Shown here one piece after another: positions 43,736 through 57,960 of a DNA stretch of 64,000 bases (position 1 is its first letter; every line of letters begins with the position of its first letter). The notes below the pieces were generated by a model. The model worked only from the letters and a program-made list of their open reading frames with translations. It did not search any database and was not told the origin of the DNA. The stretch is from an uncultured Gemmatimonadales bacterium (GTDB lineage Bacteria; Gemmatimonadota; Gemmatimonadetes; Longimicrobiales; RSA9). The translations under genes and the position numbers were made by a program. The DNA is taken from contig CAWFKH010000001.1 in the NCBI GenBank assembly GCA_963816355.1, positions 416,001 to 480,000 on the forward strand, written 5' to 3'.

Positions 43736-44439
43736 CGGCGGCGCGGGAGTGGCGGCTCCTGCGCGAGGTGCTGGCGCGCGTGCCGTGGGGGGCGGTCGTG
43801 CTGGGGTGGGTGGGAGCCGCGTCGCTGGGCGGTGTGTTCGGGCTCCTGGTGATGCGACTCGGGTGGTGGCCGGAGGGTGCCGGCTGGGAGCGCCACACGC
43901 TCGTCCTCGTGCACGCGACCGTGCGGCCGTGGCTCGATCCGGTCTTTCTCTGGATCCCCTACGCCGGCACCAACTACACGCTGGTGCCGTTCATCGCCGC
44001 GGCCGCCGTCCTGCTCTGGCTGCGCGGCCACCGCTTTCCGGCCCTCCACCTCTTCATCATCCAGCTCGGCAGCTGGACGCTCAATCCCGCGCTCAAGTTC
44101 CTGCTCGATCGGCCGCGGCCGGACCTCTACCCGCTGCGTGGCCAGTTCGCCTTCCCCTCCTACCCCAGCGGCCACAGCATCGCGGTGACGTCGGTGCTCT
44201 TCACCGCCGCCTACGTCCAGTGGCGGGTGAGCGGCGCGCGCTGGGGCTTCGTCGTCGCGGCGATCGTGTTCCTGCTCAACCAGTACTCCCGCCTCTACCT
44301 CGCCGTCCACTACCCGACGGACATCATCGGCGGAATGCTCATCGGCGCCGTGTGGCTCGCGTCCGGCATCGCGATCTTCGGGCCGCGCTACGAACGGCGT
44401 CAGGCGCCCCATCGAGCCATGGATGCGCCCGCCGGCTGA
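43732..44439 (+). CDS. PAP2-family membrane phosphatase (second copy)
   Basis: K..DRPRP, PSGH, SRLYLAVHYPTD; ATGA overlap. Confidence 0.85.
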   Translation: MTAAREWRLLREVLARVPWGAVVLGWVGAASLGGVFGLLVMRLGWWPEGAGWERHTLVLVHATVRPWLDPVFLWIPYAGTNYTLVPFIAAAAVLLWLRGHRFPALHLFIIQLGSWTLNPALKFLLDRPRPDLYPLRGQFAFPSYPSGHSIAVTSVLFTAAYVQWRVSGARWGFVVAAIVFLLNQYSRLYLAVHYPTDIIGGMLIGAVWLASGIAIFGPRYERRQAPHRAMDAPAG

Positions 44440-44454
44440 CGCCATCCTCCCCCC

Positions 44455-46353
44455 ATGTCCGATCCACCTCCGCACCCTAGGCGTCCGCTCGGCGTGATCC
44501 TCGTCGAGCGCGGGGACGCCACGCCGGCGCAAGTCGCCGACGCCCTCGCCGAGCAGCGCGAGCACGGCGGCCGCATCGGGGAGCTGCTGCTCGAGCGCGG
44601 CGTGGAGGGCGAACGCCTCGCCCGCGCCCTCGCCGCCCAGCTCCGCATCGAGCACGCCGCTCCGCCGCTGCGGCCCCAGCAGGCCGCCGTGCGGCTGGTC
44701 GACCGCGGCACCGCCACGCGCCTGCGCGTCGTGCCGCTCGATGTGCGCGGGCGCGTGCTGCGCGTCGCGACGGCGGACCCGCTCGACCTCGACGCGCTGG
44801 CGCAGCTCCGCTTCGTCGCAGGCCGGCGTGTCGAGGCGGCGGCCGCGTCCGCCGCCGCCGTGGACGCCGGGCTGCTCGCGGCGTACGGCGCGGGTGCGGT
44901 CGAGGAGCTGCTCGACCGCCTGGAGCCCGCGAGCGGCGCGGCCAACGGAGCCGCCAACGGGGGCGCGCCCGCGGACGGGGCAGACGAGATCGGCGCGCTG
45001 CGGCGGGCGTCGGAGGCGGCGCCGATCGTCGCGCTCGTCGACCTCCTGCTGGAGAGGGCGGTGACCGGCCGCGCGAGCGACCTCCACATCGAGCCGAACG
45101 CCGACCGGCTGCGCGTTCGCGCCCGCGTCGACGGCGTGCTGCGCGAGCTGGTCGACCTGCCCGCGCGCATCGGCGCGGGCGTGGTGTCGCGGATCAAGAT
45201 CATGGCGGGGCTGGACATCGCGACGAAGCGGCTGCCGCAGGACGGCCGTTTCGCGGCCACGGCGGGCGGACAGGATCTGTCGCTTCGCGTCTCGACGCTC
45301 CCCGCCGCGGACGGGGAGAAGGTGGTGGTGCGGCTGCTGCGGCAGAGCGGCGAGGGCCGCTCGCTCGACCAGTTGGGCCTCTCGCGCCGCGACGGGCGGG
45401 CGCTGCGAGCCCTGCTGGCACGCGGTCACGGCGCCATCCTCGTGACGGGACCCACCGGCGGCGGCAAGACGACGACGCTCTACGCCGCGCTCGCCGCGCT
45501 CGACCGCGACCAGCGCAACATCACCACGCTCGAGGATCCGGTCGAGTACCGGCTCCGCGGCGTCACGCAGGTGCCGGTGCAGGCGCGCGGCGGGACCGAC
45601 TTCGCGGGCGGGCTGCGGGCGGTGCTGCGGCAGGACCCGGACATCATCATGGTCGGCGAGATGCGGGACCGCGCGACGGTCGAGGTGGGCTTCGCCGCTG
45701 CGCTCACCGGGCACCTCGTGCTCTCGACGCTGCACACGAACGACGCCGCCTCCGCCGTCACCCGCCTGATCGAGATGGGCGCGGCGCCCTACCTGATTGC
45801 GAGCGCGCTGATCGGGGTGGTGGCGCAGCGGCTGGTGCGGCGGCTGTGCTCGCACTGCCGCGCGCCCGCGCTGCTGCCCGACGCCGAGCTCGACCGCCGC
45901 GGCCTGCCGCGCGCCGGCCGCTTCGCGCGGCCGGTCGGCTGCGAGCGCTGCGACGGGACCGGCTACAACGGCCGCATCGGCGTATTCGAGGTGCTGCTGG
46001 TGGACGAACGGATCCGATCGCTCATCCTGGAGCGGGCGAGCGTGGAGCGCGTCCGGGCGGCGGCGCGGCGCGGAGGGATGCGCCTGCTCGGAGACGCCGC
46101 GGCGATGCGGGCGGGCCGCGGCGAAACGTCGGTCGCGGAGGTCGTGCCGCTGCTCCCGCCGCGCGGCGCCCGGCGCGCGTGCGCGGGGTGCGGCGCGGCG
46201 CTGCGGCGCGCGTACCTGGTGTGTCCGATGTGCGGTCGCGCGGCGCAGCGCAGGTGCGGCTGCGGACAGCGGCTGCGGCGCGACTGGTCCCACTGCCCGC
46301 GCTGCGGTCAGTCGGCGAGCCGCTCCTCCATCTCGTGTTCGACGCCGTCGTAG
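44455..46353 (+). CDS. PilB/GspE secretion ATPase with N-terminal MshEN and C-terminal double zinc ribbon
   Basis: PLGVILVERG..RIGELLLERG; ASDLHIEP, GPTGGGKTTT, EDPVE, LRQDPD, TLHTN; C-terminal CxxC/CxC motifs. Confidence 0.85.
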   Translation: MSDPPPHPRRPLGVILVERGDATPAQVADALAEQREHGGRIGELLLERGVEGERLARALAAQLRIEHAAPPLRPQQAAVRLVDRGTATRLRVVPLDVRGRVLRVATADPLDLDALAQLRFVAGRRVEAAAASAAAVDAGLLAAYGAGAVEELLDRLEPASGAANGAANGGAPADGADEIGALRRASEAAPIVALVDLLLERAVTGRASDLHIEPNADRLRVRARVDGVLRELVDLPARIGAGVVSRIKIMAGLDIATKRLPQDGRFAATAGGQDLSLRVSTLPAADGEKVVVRLLRQSGEGRSLDQLGLSRRDGRALRALLARGHGAILVTGPTGGGKTTTLYAALAALDRDQRNITTLEDPVEYRLRGVTQVPVQARGGTDFAGGLRAVLRQDPDIIMVGEMRDRATVEVGFAAALTGHLVLSTLHTNDAASAVTRLIEMGAAPYLIASALIGVVAQRLVRRLCSHCRAPALLPDAELDRRGLPRAGRFARPVGCERCDGTGYNGRIGVFEVLLVDERIRSLILERASVERVRAAARRGGMRLLGDAAAMRAGRGETSVAEVVPLLPPRGARRACAGCGAALRRAYLVCPMCGRAAQRRCGCGQRLRRDWSHCPRCGQSASRSSISCSTPS

Positions 46354-47828
46354 CTCAGGACGACCGGCTCCTCGTCGACCACCGTCTCGAGGTGCACCGG
46401 GCGTTTCCAGAGCGCGTGCACGTTCTGGAGCGCTTCGCGGGCGAGGTCGAGCTTGAGCTGGATCCCCTCGTCCAGATGCCTCAGCACGAGCTCGCCGCGG
46501 TTCAGGAAGTTGGCGTCGACGATCTCGATGCGCGGCTGGCCGAAGTTCGTCAGCATGAAGAGCAGCCGCTCCTTCACCGCCTGGAAGTCGCGGTCGCTGA
46601 TCACGTAGCGGCCGCTGTCGGGGTCGAAGTCGTAGGTGAAGAGGCCGTGGCGGCGGACGAAGTCGGCGGTGAGGAACTCGTCCACGAACGTCACGTCGTT
46701 GTAGTGGCGCCGCACCTCGAAGATCTTGTCGCGGCCGGCCCGCTCACCGGTGTCCCAGCGTTCGCGCGCGTGGAAGTCGTCGCACTCCTCCCAGTCCGAT
46801 CCGTGCCGGCCCTTCTCCCACCGCTCGTGGATGTCGCGCCACAGCTCGATCCCGACCTTGTACGGGTTGAGGCGGCCGGGGTGCACGGCGAGCGTGCCGG
46901 AGTGGTGGTCGGCGTAATCGATCACTTCCGCCGGGTCGAGCACGCGCTCGGTCATGAGCCGCGAGTGCCAGTAGGAGGCCCACCCCTCGTTCATGATCTT
47001 GGTGCGTCCCTGCGGCGCGAAGTAGTACGCCTCCTCGCGCACGATGCCGAGCACGTCCCGCTCCCAGTTGCGCAGCGGCGCGTGCTCGAGCAGGAACAGC
47101 ATGACGTCCTTGATCGGCGACGCCGGGAAGCGCTCCACCTCGCGCTTCGCGTCCTCGTCGAGCCGCTGCCGCTCCGCCTCGAGCGCACCGCGCGGGTTGA
47201 TGTAGTCGTCCATGTAATCCTTGGCGCGGAGCTTCCGCACCGAGCGGCGCTCCGGCTCGTCGTCCGGGCCGCGCCCCGTGCCGTTGCCCGTGCCGCTCCC
47301 GGATCGACGCGAGCGCCGGATGTGGGGGCCGTTGTAGTCGATCAGGTTGTCCAGCGAGAGGCAGCGGTCGACGAACGCCTCGACCTCATCCTCGCCGTAC
47401 TGCTCGGCGTAGCGCCGCACACGGGCGGCGTGGTTCGCCATCTCGTCCACCATCTTCCGGTTCGTGTGCGCGAACGAGAAGTTGTTCTTGAAGAAGTCGC
47501 CGTGGCCGCAGACGTGGGACATCACCAGCTTCTGGTCGACCAGGTGGTTCGCGGCGAGCAGGTAGGCGTACGTCGGCTCGTTGTTGATCACCATCTCGTA
47601 GATCTTCGAGAGGCCGTACGCGTAGGAGCGCGACAGCTCGAGGTGCTCCATCCCGAAGCGCCAGTGCGGGTAGCGCGCGGGATAGCCGCCGTACGCCGCC
47701 ACCTCGTTCATCTCCTCCCAGTCGAGCACCTCGTAGCGGATCTCGAAGAAATCCAGGCCGAAGGCGCGCGCGGCCTCCTCGATGCGCGCCTGCAGCCCGC
47801 GCAGCTCGGGCGTGAGCGGATGCGGCAT
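46308..47828 (-). CDS. spoVR: SpoVR/YcgB family protein
   Basis: RYPHWRFG, YEMVIN, HVCGHGDFFKNN, TKIMNEGWASYWH, NPY. Confidence 0.92.
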   Translation of the reverse strand: MPHPLTPELRGLQARIEEAARAFGLDFFEIRYEVLDWEEMNEVAAYGGYPARYPHWRFGMEHLELSRSYAYGLSKIYEMVINNEPTYAYLLAANHLVDQKLVMSHVCGHGDFFKNNFSFAHTNRKMVDEMANHAARVRRYAEQYGEDEVEAFVDRCLSLDNLIDYNGPHIRRSRRSGSGTGNGTGRGPDDEPERRSVRKLRAKDYMDDYINPRGALEAERQRLDEDAKREVERFPASPIKDVMLFLLEHAPLRNWERDVLGIVREEAYYFAPQGRTKIMNEGWASYWHSRLMTERVLDPAEVIDYADHHSGTLAVHPGRLNPYKVGIELWRDIHERWEKGRHGSDWEECDDFHARERWDTGERAGRDKIFEVRRHYNDVTFVDEFLTADFVRRHGLFTYDFDPDSGRYVISDRDFQAVKERLLFMLTNFGQPRIEIVDANFLNRGELVLRHLDEGIQLKLDLAREALQNVHALWKRPVHLETVVDEEPVVLSYDGVEHEMEERLAD

Positions 47829-47829
47829 G

Positions 47830-48936
<1,107 letters not shown>

Positions 48937-49018
48937 CCGAAGGTCCTCGAGACTGCATTCATTCAGGTGCGCCGTGCGTCCGCAGCGGAGCGGGGCCACT
49001 TCGCCACGCCGCCGCGCG

Positions 49019-49346
49019 TCAGCGTGCGGCGGGGGTGGCGCGCGCCGTCGGCGGCGCCCGGTGGCGGGGGCCGAGCGCGAGGACGATCTGCCCGAGCGCG
49101 AGCAGCGCCAGGAAGCCGAGCAGCAGCAGGCGCTGCGGAAAGGAGAGCCTCGCGCCGGGCGTGGGCACCGGACTCTGCACCGCCGCGGCGCGGCGCGCGC
49201 CGCCGGACTCCTGCAGCGTCGTCGCCATGTCCGCGCCACAGCGGCCGCACAGCCGACTCGCGTGGCGGTTGACGTGCCAGCAGTGGGGGCACACGGCCAG
49301 CTCGGCGGAGTCCGGTGCGCTGCGCGGGCGCAGCGGCTTCAGCCTG

Positions 49347-49354
<8 letters not shown>
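49019..49354 (-). CDS. Small zinc-ribbon membrane protein
   Basis: CPHC..CGRC, then one hydrophobic segment; GTG start overlaps the prkA 3' end with AGGAGG upstream. Confidence 0.6.
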
Positions 49355-51434
<2,080 letters not shown>

Positions 51435-51527
51435 ACTGCTCTGCTCCTGCAAAAGGACGATCGTGCGGGGATCTCCTGCGGGGCTGCGGCGGCCGGTCCC
51501 CCGCGACCGGCCGACCCCCCTTTCGCT

Positions 51528-52262
51528 CTAGCCGGGCCCGCCGCGCAGCCGGGCCTCGTCGCCGATCTGCCGCAGCAGCCGGTCGACCGGATCGCCGCGT
51601 CGGGCGAACAGGTACCGGTCGGCAATGCGGTTGAGCCCGACCCTCAACTCCGGAAACGTCTCGGCGCACGCCCTCAGGACACCGTCCAGCCCGTAGCGCC
51701 CTGCCTCCCGCGCCCCGGCCGCCATGCGGAAGCCGCTCGCGCCCAGCTCCTCGTAGTACTCCAGGCCTGGCGCGCCGCGGCGGTGCACCCGCGCCACGAT
51801 CCGATCCGGGAACAGCCCGCTCACCCACAGCGCGAAGTTGCCGAGGTGTGCCTGCAGCAGGAACGCGTGGCGACCGCGCGCGGTGTCGAGCGCCGCGACG
51901 ATGTCGACGAGATAGTCGAAGCGCGCCTCGCCCTCCGCCACGCGGTGTGCCCGGTCGCGCGTGCCGAACTCCACGAGCAGCGCCGCCACGTAGTCGGCGA
52001 GGGTGCGCTGCGTCACGCCCACCTCGAGCAGCGCGTGGCGCACGAGGACGTAGTAGACCAGCCCCGGAGGCACGGAGGCGGGGGTGTTCGCCGAGAGGAG
52101 CGCGTTCAGCGTCCGCGGGTCGTCCAGCAGCACGTCGAACCCCTCGGACCGGAGCCGCTGCTCCTGCGCCTCGTGCGCGTCGGCGTCGCCGCGGGCGAGC
52201 AGGCCGAGGACCGCTCCGGCCTCGGTGCGGCCGAAGGAAGCGCGGACGTTCGGAAGGATCAT
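51528..52262 (-). CDS. Conserved hypothetical protein leading the prkA operon
   Basis: SD AAGGAGA; helical protein with HLGNFALWVSGLFPD..YYEELG motif. Confidence 0.75.
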   Translation of the reverse strand: MILPNVRASFGRTEAGAVLGLLARGDADAHEAQEQRLRSEGFDVLLDDPRTLNALLSANTPASVPPGLVYYVLVRHALLEVGVTQRTLADYVAALLVEFGTRDRAHRVAEGEARFDYLVDIVAALDTARGRHAFLLQAHLGNFALWVSGLFPDRIVARVHRRGAPGLEYYEELGASGFRMAAGAREAGRYGLDGVLRACAETFPELRVGLNRIADRYLFARRGDPVDRLLRQIGDEARLRGGPG

Positions 52263-52438
52263 GATGTATCTCCTTGTGCGACTTCGTACCGGGCGCGGGA
52301 AAGCCGGGTTCCGCCCGCCCTCCCGGCCCCGGGCGCCTTGATGCGCCGCATCGCCCGGTCTACCTTTCGCCGCCGGAACGACTTACCGGCCGCGGCCGGT
52401 CGCGGCGCCCGCCACCCGCCGCCGCCCGCGAAGGCGCT

Positions 52439-52454
52439 TGCTGGAATCGTGCCG
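52439..52454 (-). promoter_or_regulatory. Putative sigma54 (-24/-12) promoter facing the prkA operon
   Basis: Minus strand CGGCACGATTCCAGCA = GG-N10-GC with GGCACG core. Confidence 0.45.
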
Positions 52455-52637
52455 CCCGGGGCTCCGGATTGCCGGCGAGAGGATGGACGGCCGGATCCGG
52501 AAAGGACGAGCGTGGCGCGGCGTAAAACAGCGGACTGCGTCACGGAGCGCGCGGGTCGGACGCCGGGGAGCGCGCCGCGACGACCTGGCGCAGGTCTGCG
52601 ATGTCGAGGTTGGGAAGCGGGCGAGGCCGCACAGAAA

Positions 52638-52665
52638 AAGCTACAAGACCCTTCGCGGGAGTCAA
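52638..52665 (-). promoter_or_regulatory. Putative sigma70 promoter facing the prkA operon
   Basis: Minus strand TTGACT, 16 nt, TAGCTT in an AT-richer patch. Confidence 0.45.
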
Positions 52666-52687
52666 GTATGGAGTGGCAGGGCGGCCG

Positions 52688-54004
52688 GTGCTGAGGCCAC
52701 GGACGCTGCAGCGACGGCTCTTCGCGTGGCTCCTGGTCCTCGCGCTCGTCCCCTCCGCGGCCCTCCTGGCGGCGGGGTTCTGGGCGGCGTCCGGCGCGCT
52801 CGGCTGGACGGAGGCGGTGGGGCCGTGGGAGGCGGTGGGGGAGTCCGGTCGCGCGCTGCTCGACTCGCTGCCGGACGACGTCCTGGCCGAGCCGGCCGTC
52901 GCGCGCGCGGCGACGCGCCATCGCCAGGAGCTGGCCCGCTCGCTGATGCTGGCGCGGCGCTGGTCCTTCCTGGCGCGCCGCCTCGGCTCCGCGCTGCCCG
53001 CGCTGGCGCTGGCGCTGGCGGCGGTGCTCGCGGGCCTGGCGCTTCTCGCGAGCCGCCGCATCGCGCGGGAGCTGACGCGCCCGCTCGAGGAGCTGGTCGG
53101 CTGGTCGGAGCGGCTGGGCCGTGAGGTGGCGCTGCCCCCGGAGCGGCCGGCCGAGGCGGGCGAGGCGAGCGAGATCCGCGCGCTTCGGGCGGCGCTGCGG
53201 CAGGCGGCGCTCGAGCGGACCCGCTCGCGGCAACGCGCCCTGGAGAACGAGCGCATGCGGACGTGGGGCGAGATGGCGCGGCGCGTGGCGCACGAGATGA
53301 AGAACCCGCTCACGCCGCTGCGCCTGGCGGTCCACCGGCTGCGTGCGCTGCCGCGATCCGACGAGGCGCTGGCCGAGTCCGTCTCCGTGATCGAGCAGGA
53401 GACCGGCCACCTCGAAGCGCTCGCCGCCCGCTTCTCGGAGCTCGGCCGTCCGCCGGAGGGGCCGTCCAGCGAGGTCGACCTGGCGGAGCTGCTGCAGTCG
53501 CTGCTCGCCACGGACGTTCCGGACGACGTCGCCTGGACGCTCCACGCCGCCGCCGACGCGCCGCGGGTCGAGGCGCGCCTCGATCCGCTCTTCCGCGCCT
53601 TCCGCAACGTCGTCCGGAACGCCGTGGACGCGGCGCGGGCCGGACCGTCCGCGCCGCGCATCACCGTCGACGTGACGTCGGATGCGGCCGCGGAGGCGGC
53701 GTCTCTCGCGGACGCAGCGTCGATCGCGGAGCGGTCGGCAATGGGCGGCGCGGGCGGCGCGGGCGTCGTGCGGGTCGCGATCCGGGACTCCGGGCCGGGG
53801 CTGCCGGCCGGGGCGGAGGCGCGCGTCTTCGAGCCGGACTACAGCACCAAGACGCGCGGGACGGGGCTCGGCCTCGCGCTGGCGCGCCAGGCGGTGCGCC
53901 AGGCGGGCGGCGACATCGGCGCCCGCAACGCGCCGGAGGGCGGCGCGGAATTCGTCGTGCGGCTGCCCGCGGCGCCGGCGCCGCGCTCCGCGGCGCTGCG
54001 CTGA
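52688..54004 (+). CDS. Sensor histidine kinase (NtrY-like)
   Basis: Two TMs, HAMP-like segment, AHEMKNPLTP, N-box RNAVDA, DSGPG, GTGLGL; start uncertain. Confidence 0.88.
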   Translation: MLRPRTLQRRLFAWLLVLALVPSAALLAAGFWAASGALGWTEAVGPWEAVGESGRALLDSLPDDVLAEPAVARAATRHRQELARSLMLARRWSFLARRLGSALPALALALAAVLAGLALLASRRIARELTRPLEELVGWSERLGREVALPPERPAEAGEASEIRALRAALRQAALERTRSRQRALENERMRTWGEMARRVAHEMKNPLTPLRLAVHRLRALPRSDEALAESVSVIEQETGHLEALAARFSELGRPPEGPSSEVDLAELLQSLLATDVPDDVAWTLHAAADAPRVEARLDPLFRAFRNVVRNAVDAARAGPSAPRITVDVTSDAAAEAASLADAASIAERSAMGGAGGAGVVRVAIRDSGPGLPAGAEARVFEPDYSTKTRGTGLGLALARQAVRQAGGDIGARNAPEGGAEFVVRLPAAPAPRSAALR

Positions 54005-54017
54005 GGGGGCGCGCATC

Positions 54018-55351
<1,334 letters not shown>

Positions 55352-55355
<4 letters not shown>

Positions 55356-57079
55356 ACGAATCCGTGAACGCGACGACGCCGGCCCCGGCGGGCGCGAGGT
55401 GGCCGCTGACGCTGGCGCTGCTCATCCTCACGCTCGCGCCGCCGCGCGCCGCGCGGGCCCAGGAGGCGCCGGCGCAGGCGGAGCTGCCGCGCGACGTCGC
55501 CGAGAGCGTCGTCGCGTTCTACAACGCGGCGTCGACCGTGCGCGTGCAGGGCGACGCGGAGGTGCCGCGCGGCGGTGAGATCGCGGGGCCGCTGGCGGTG
55601 CTGGACGGTGCGTTGCGGGTGGCCGGGCGAGTGCGCGGTGATGTCGTCGTGATCAACGGCGACCTGACGCTCGAGACGGGCGCCCACGTCGACGGCTCCG
55701 TGACGGTGGTCGGGGGCGCGGCCGCAGGCGTGGCCGAGGCCGACGTCGCCGGCGGCGTCGCCGTGTACGGGGCGCCGCTCCGCTACCGGCGCGACGACCG
55801 CGGCATCGCCTACGCGGGGCCGCGGCCCGCGGCGGAGCTCTCCGCCGGCCGCGAATTCGGATTCGGCCGGACGGACTTCGTCGTGGCGGTGCGCGGCGGC
55901 TACAATCGGGTCGCGGGCCTGCCGATCAGCGCCGGCCCGCGCGTCGTGTTCGGGCGCATCAACCCGACGCTCGTCTCGGCGCGCCTGATCTATCGGACGG
56001 GCGCGGGGATCGAGACGGCGCCGCACTTCGGCTACGCGGCCCGCGTGGACCAGTCGGTGGGCGGGACGCGCCTGCTGAGGGTCGGCTTCGGCCTGCGCTC
56101 GGAGATCGCGCCGATCGAGGACAACGGCCTCTCCGATAGCGAGAGCTCCCTCGCGACGTTCCTGCTCCACCGCGACTTTCGCGACCACTTCGAGCGCAAG
56201 GGGTGGAGCGTCGACCTGAGCCTTACGCCGCCCCGCGTCCCCGGCGCGCTCACCGTCGAGTACCGCAGCGAGCGCGACCGCTCCGTGCGGCCGACCGGGC
56301 CGTGGGCGCTCTTCGACAACCGCGAATCGTGGCGCGCGGAGCCGGTGATCGCCGACGGAACGCTGCGCTCCCTGGCCGTCCGCTACCTCGTCGACACGCG
56401 CAACGACGACGAAGCGCCATCCTCCGGCTGGTACGTCGCGGGCGAGATCGAGCGGGGTCTCGGCGGCCACCTGTCGCAGCCGATCGCGCCGGATGGCACC
56501 GCGCCGCCGGGCGGCGTCTCCGACCTCGCCAGCTCGCGCTTTCGCGCCGGCACCCTCGACGTGCGCCGTTACGCCCGGCTCGGCCCGCGGTCCCGGCTCT
56601 CGACCCGCGTCTACGCGGCGGGCTCGCTCGACGCGCGTCCGCTGCCCGCGCAACGGCAGCACACGCTCGGCGGCGAGGGGACGCTGCCCGGCTACGGCCT
56701 CTTCGCCTTCGACTGCGGCGCCCACGCGCGCGTCGCGCTGGTCGGCGCCGATTCCGTCTATCCCTACTACGGCTGCGACCGCTCCGTCCTCGTGCAGCTC
56801 GAGTACGCCGCGCGCCTCCCCACCGGCCGTCTGCTGCGCGGCTTCTTCGGGCCCACGGTCGACCTCTCGAACGCAGCCTCGTGGGTCGCCTTCTTCGACG
56901 CCGGCCGCGCCTGGACCGAGCCCGGCGCGCAGTCCGGCCGCGGCCCCGGCCAGGGCGATTTCGCCGCCGACGCCGGCCTCGGGCTCCGCCTCGGGCGTCT
57001 CGGCATCTACTGGGCGCTGCCGCTCTCCGGCTCCGGGCAGAACCCGAACTTCTTCATCCGCATCGAGCCGCGCCTCTGA
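55352..57079 (+). CDS. Omp85/BamA-TamA-like outer membrane barrel with N-terminal beta-helix-like repeats
   Basis: Signal peptide ARA-Q; GDVVVINGDL..GSVTVVGG repeats; LGGEGTLPGY, LEY, FFDAG, terminal amphipathic strand. Confidence 0.65.
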
Positions 57080-57091
57080 GCGGCCGCGACG

Positions 57092-57745
57092 GTGCTCTCC
57101 CTGATCGCCGCCCTGCTGCTCGCCGCGCCCGCCGGCACCGCCGCGTCCGCGCGAGACCCGGCGCTCCCCGCCGTGCGCCCTGCCCAGCAGCCGCCGCTCG
57201 CCGTCGCGCCGATGTCGAAGGAAGCGTTCCGGCCGCTCGTCCACGCCGGACCGATCCTCGACGACGCGGCGCTCGCCGACGCCGTGCGCTCCGGCATCCC
57301 GCTGCGGCTGCGCTACCGCGTCGAGTTGTGGCGCGACCGCTGGATCGACCAGCGCGTGGCCGGCCGCGACTGGGCGGCGGTGATCCTCTACGACCCGCTC
57401 GAGGACCGTTACCTCGTGCGCGTCCAGGGCCGCTCCCCCGAGGCGCGCCGCTACGCCACCTACGCGGAAGCGACCGTCGCGGCGACCGGCGCCTTCACCC
57501 CCGCCTTTCCGGTCCCCTCCGGCCGCGGCCTCTACTACACGGCGTCGCTGCGCGTCGAGACCCTCTCCCTCTCGGACCTCGACGAGCTCCGCAACTGGCT
57601 CAAGGGGGACCTCGGCCCGGCCGTCGGCAGCGGCGGCTCGCTCCCCAAGGCGCTCGAGGATGGCGCGAAACGCGCCCTGATCCGCGTCCTAGGACTCCCG
57701 GCCCGGGTCTACGACGCGCGCAGCCAGGTCTTCGACGCCCGCTGA
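57092..57745 (+). CDS. Periplasmic protein, DUF4390-like
   Basis: Signal peptide; AVRSGIPLRLRYRVELWRDRW..YDPL. Confidence 0.55.
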   Translation: MLSLIAALLLAAPAGTAASARDPALPAVRPAQQPPLAVAPMSKEAFRPLVHAGPILDDAALADAVRSGIPLRLRYRVELWRDRWIDQRVAGRDWAAVILYDPLEDRYLVRVQGRSPEARRYATYAEATVAATGAFTPAFPVPSGRGLYYTASLRVETLSLSDLDELRNWLKGDLGPAVGSGGSLPKALEDGAKRALIRVLGLPARVYDARSQVFDAR

Positions 57746-57960
57746 GGCCGCGGCGCCCGCGCGCCGCACGCCGCCGCCTGCGGCCCGTGGGTTGCATGCG
57801 CCGATGGGCGTAGCGCACATTCCAACATGTCACGGACCGCAATGACAGGCGGAAACGGATCGGGCCGCTGCATGATCTGCGACGTCCCCCTCGCTGCGGG
57901 GGCGGACCCGGACGCGGCGCGCTGGCGCGACGCCTACGACACCCGGTTGCCCGGTTGACG

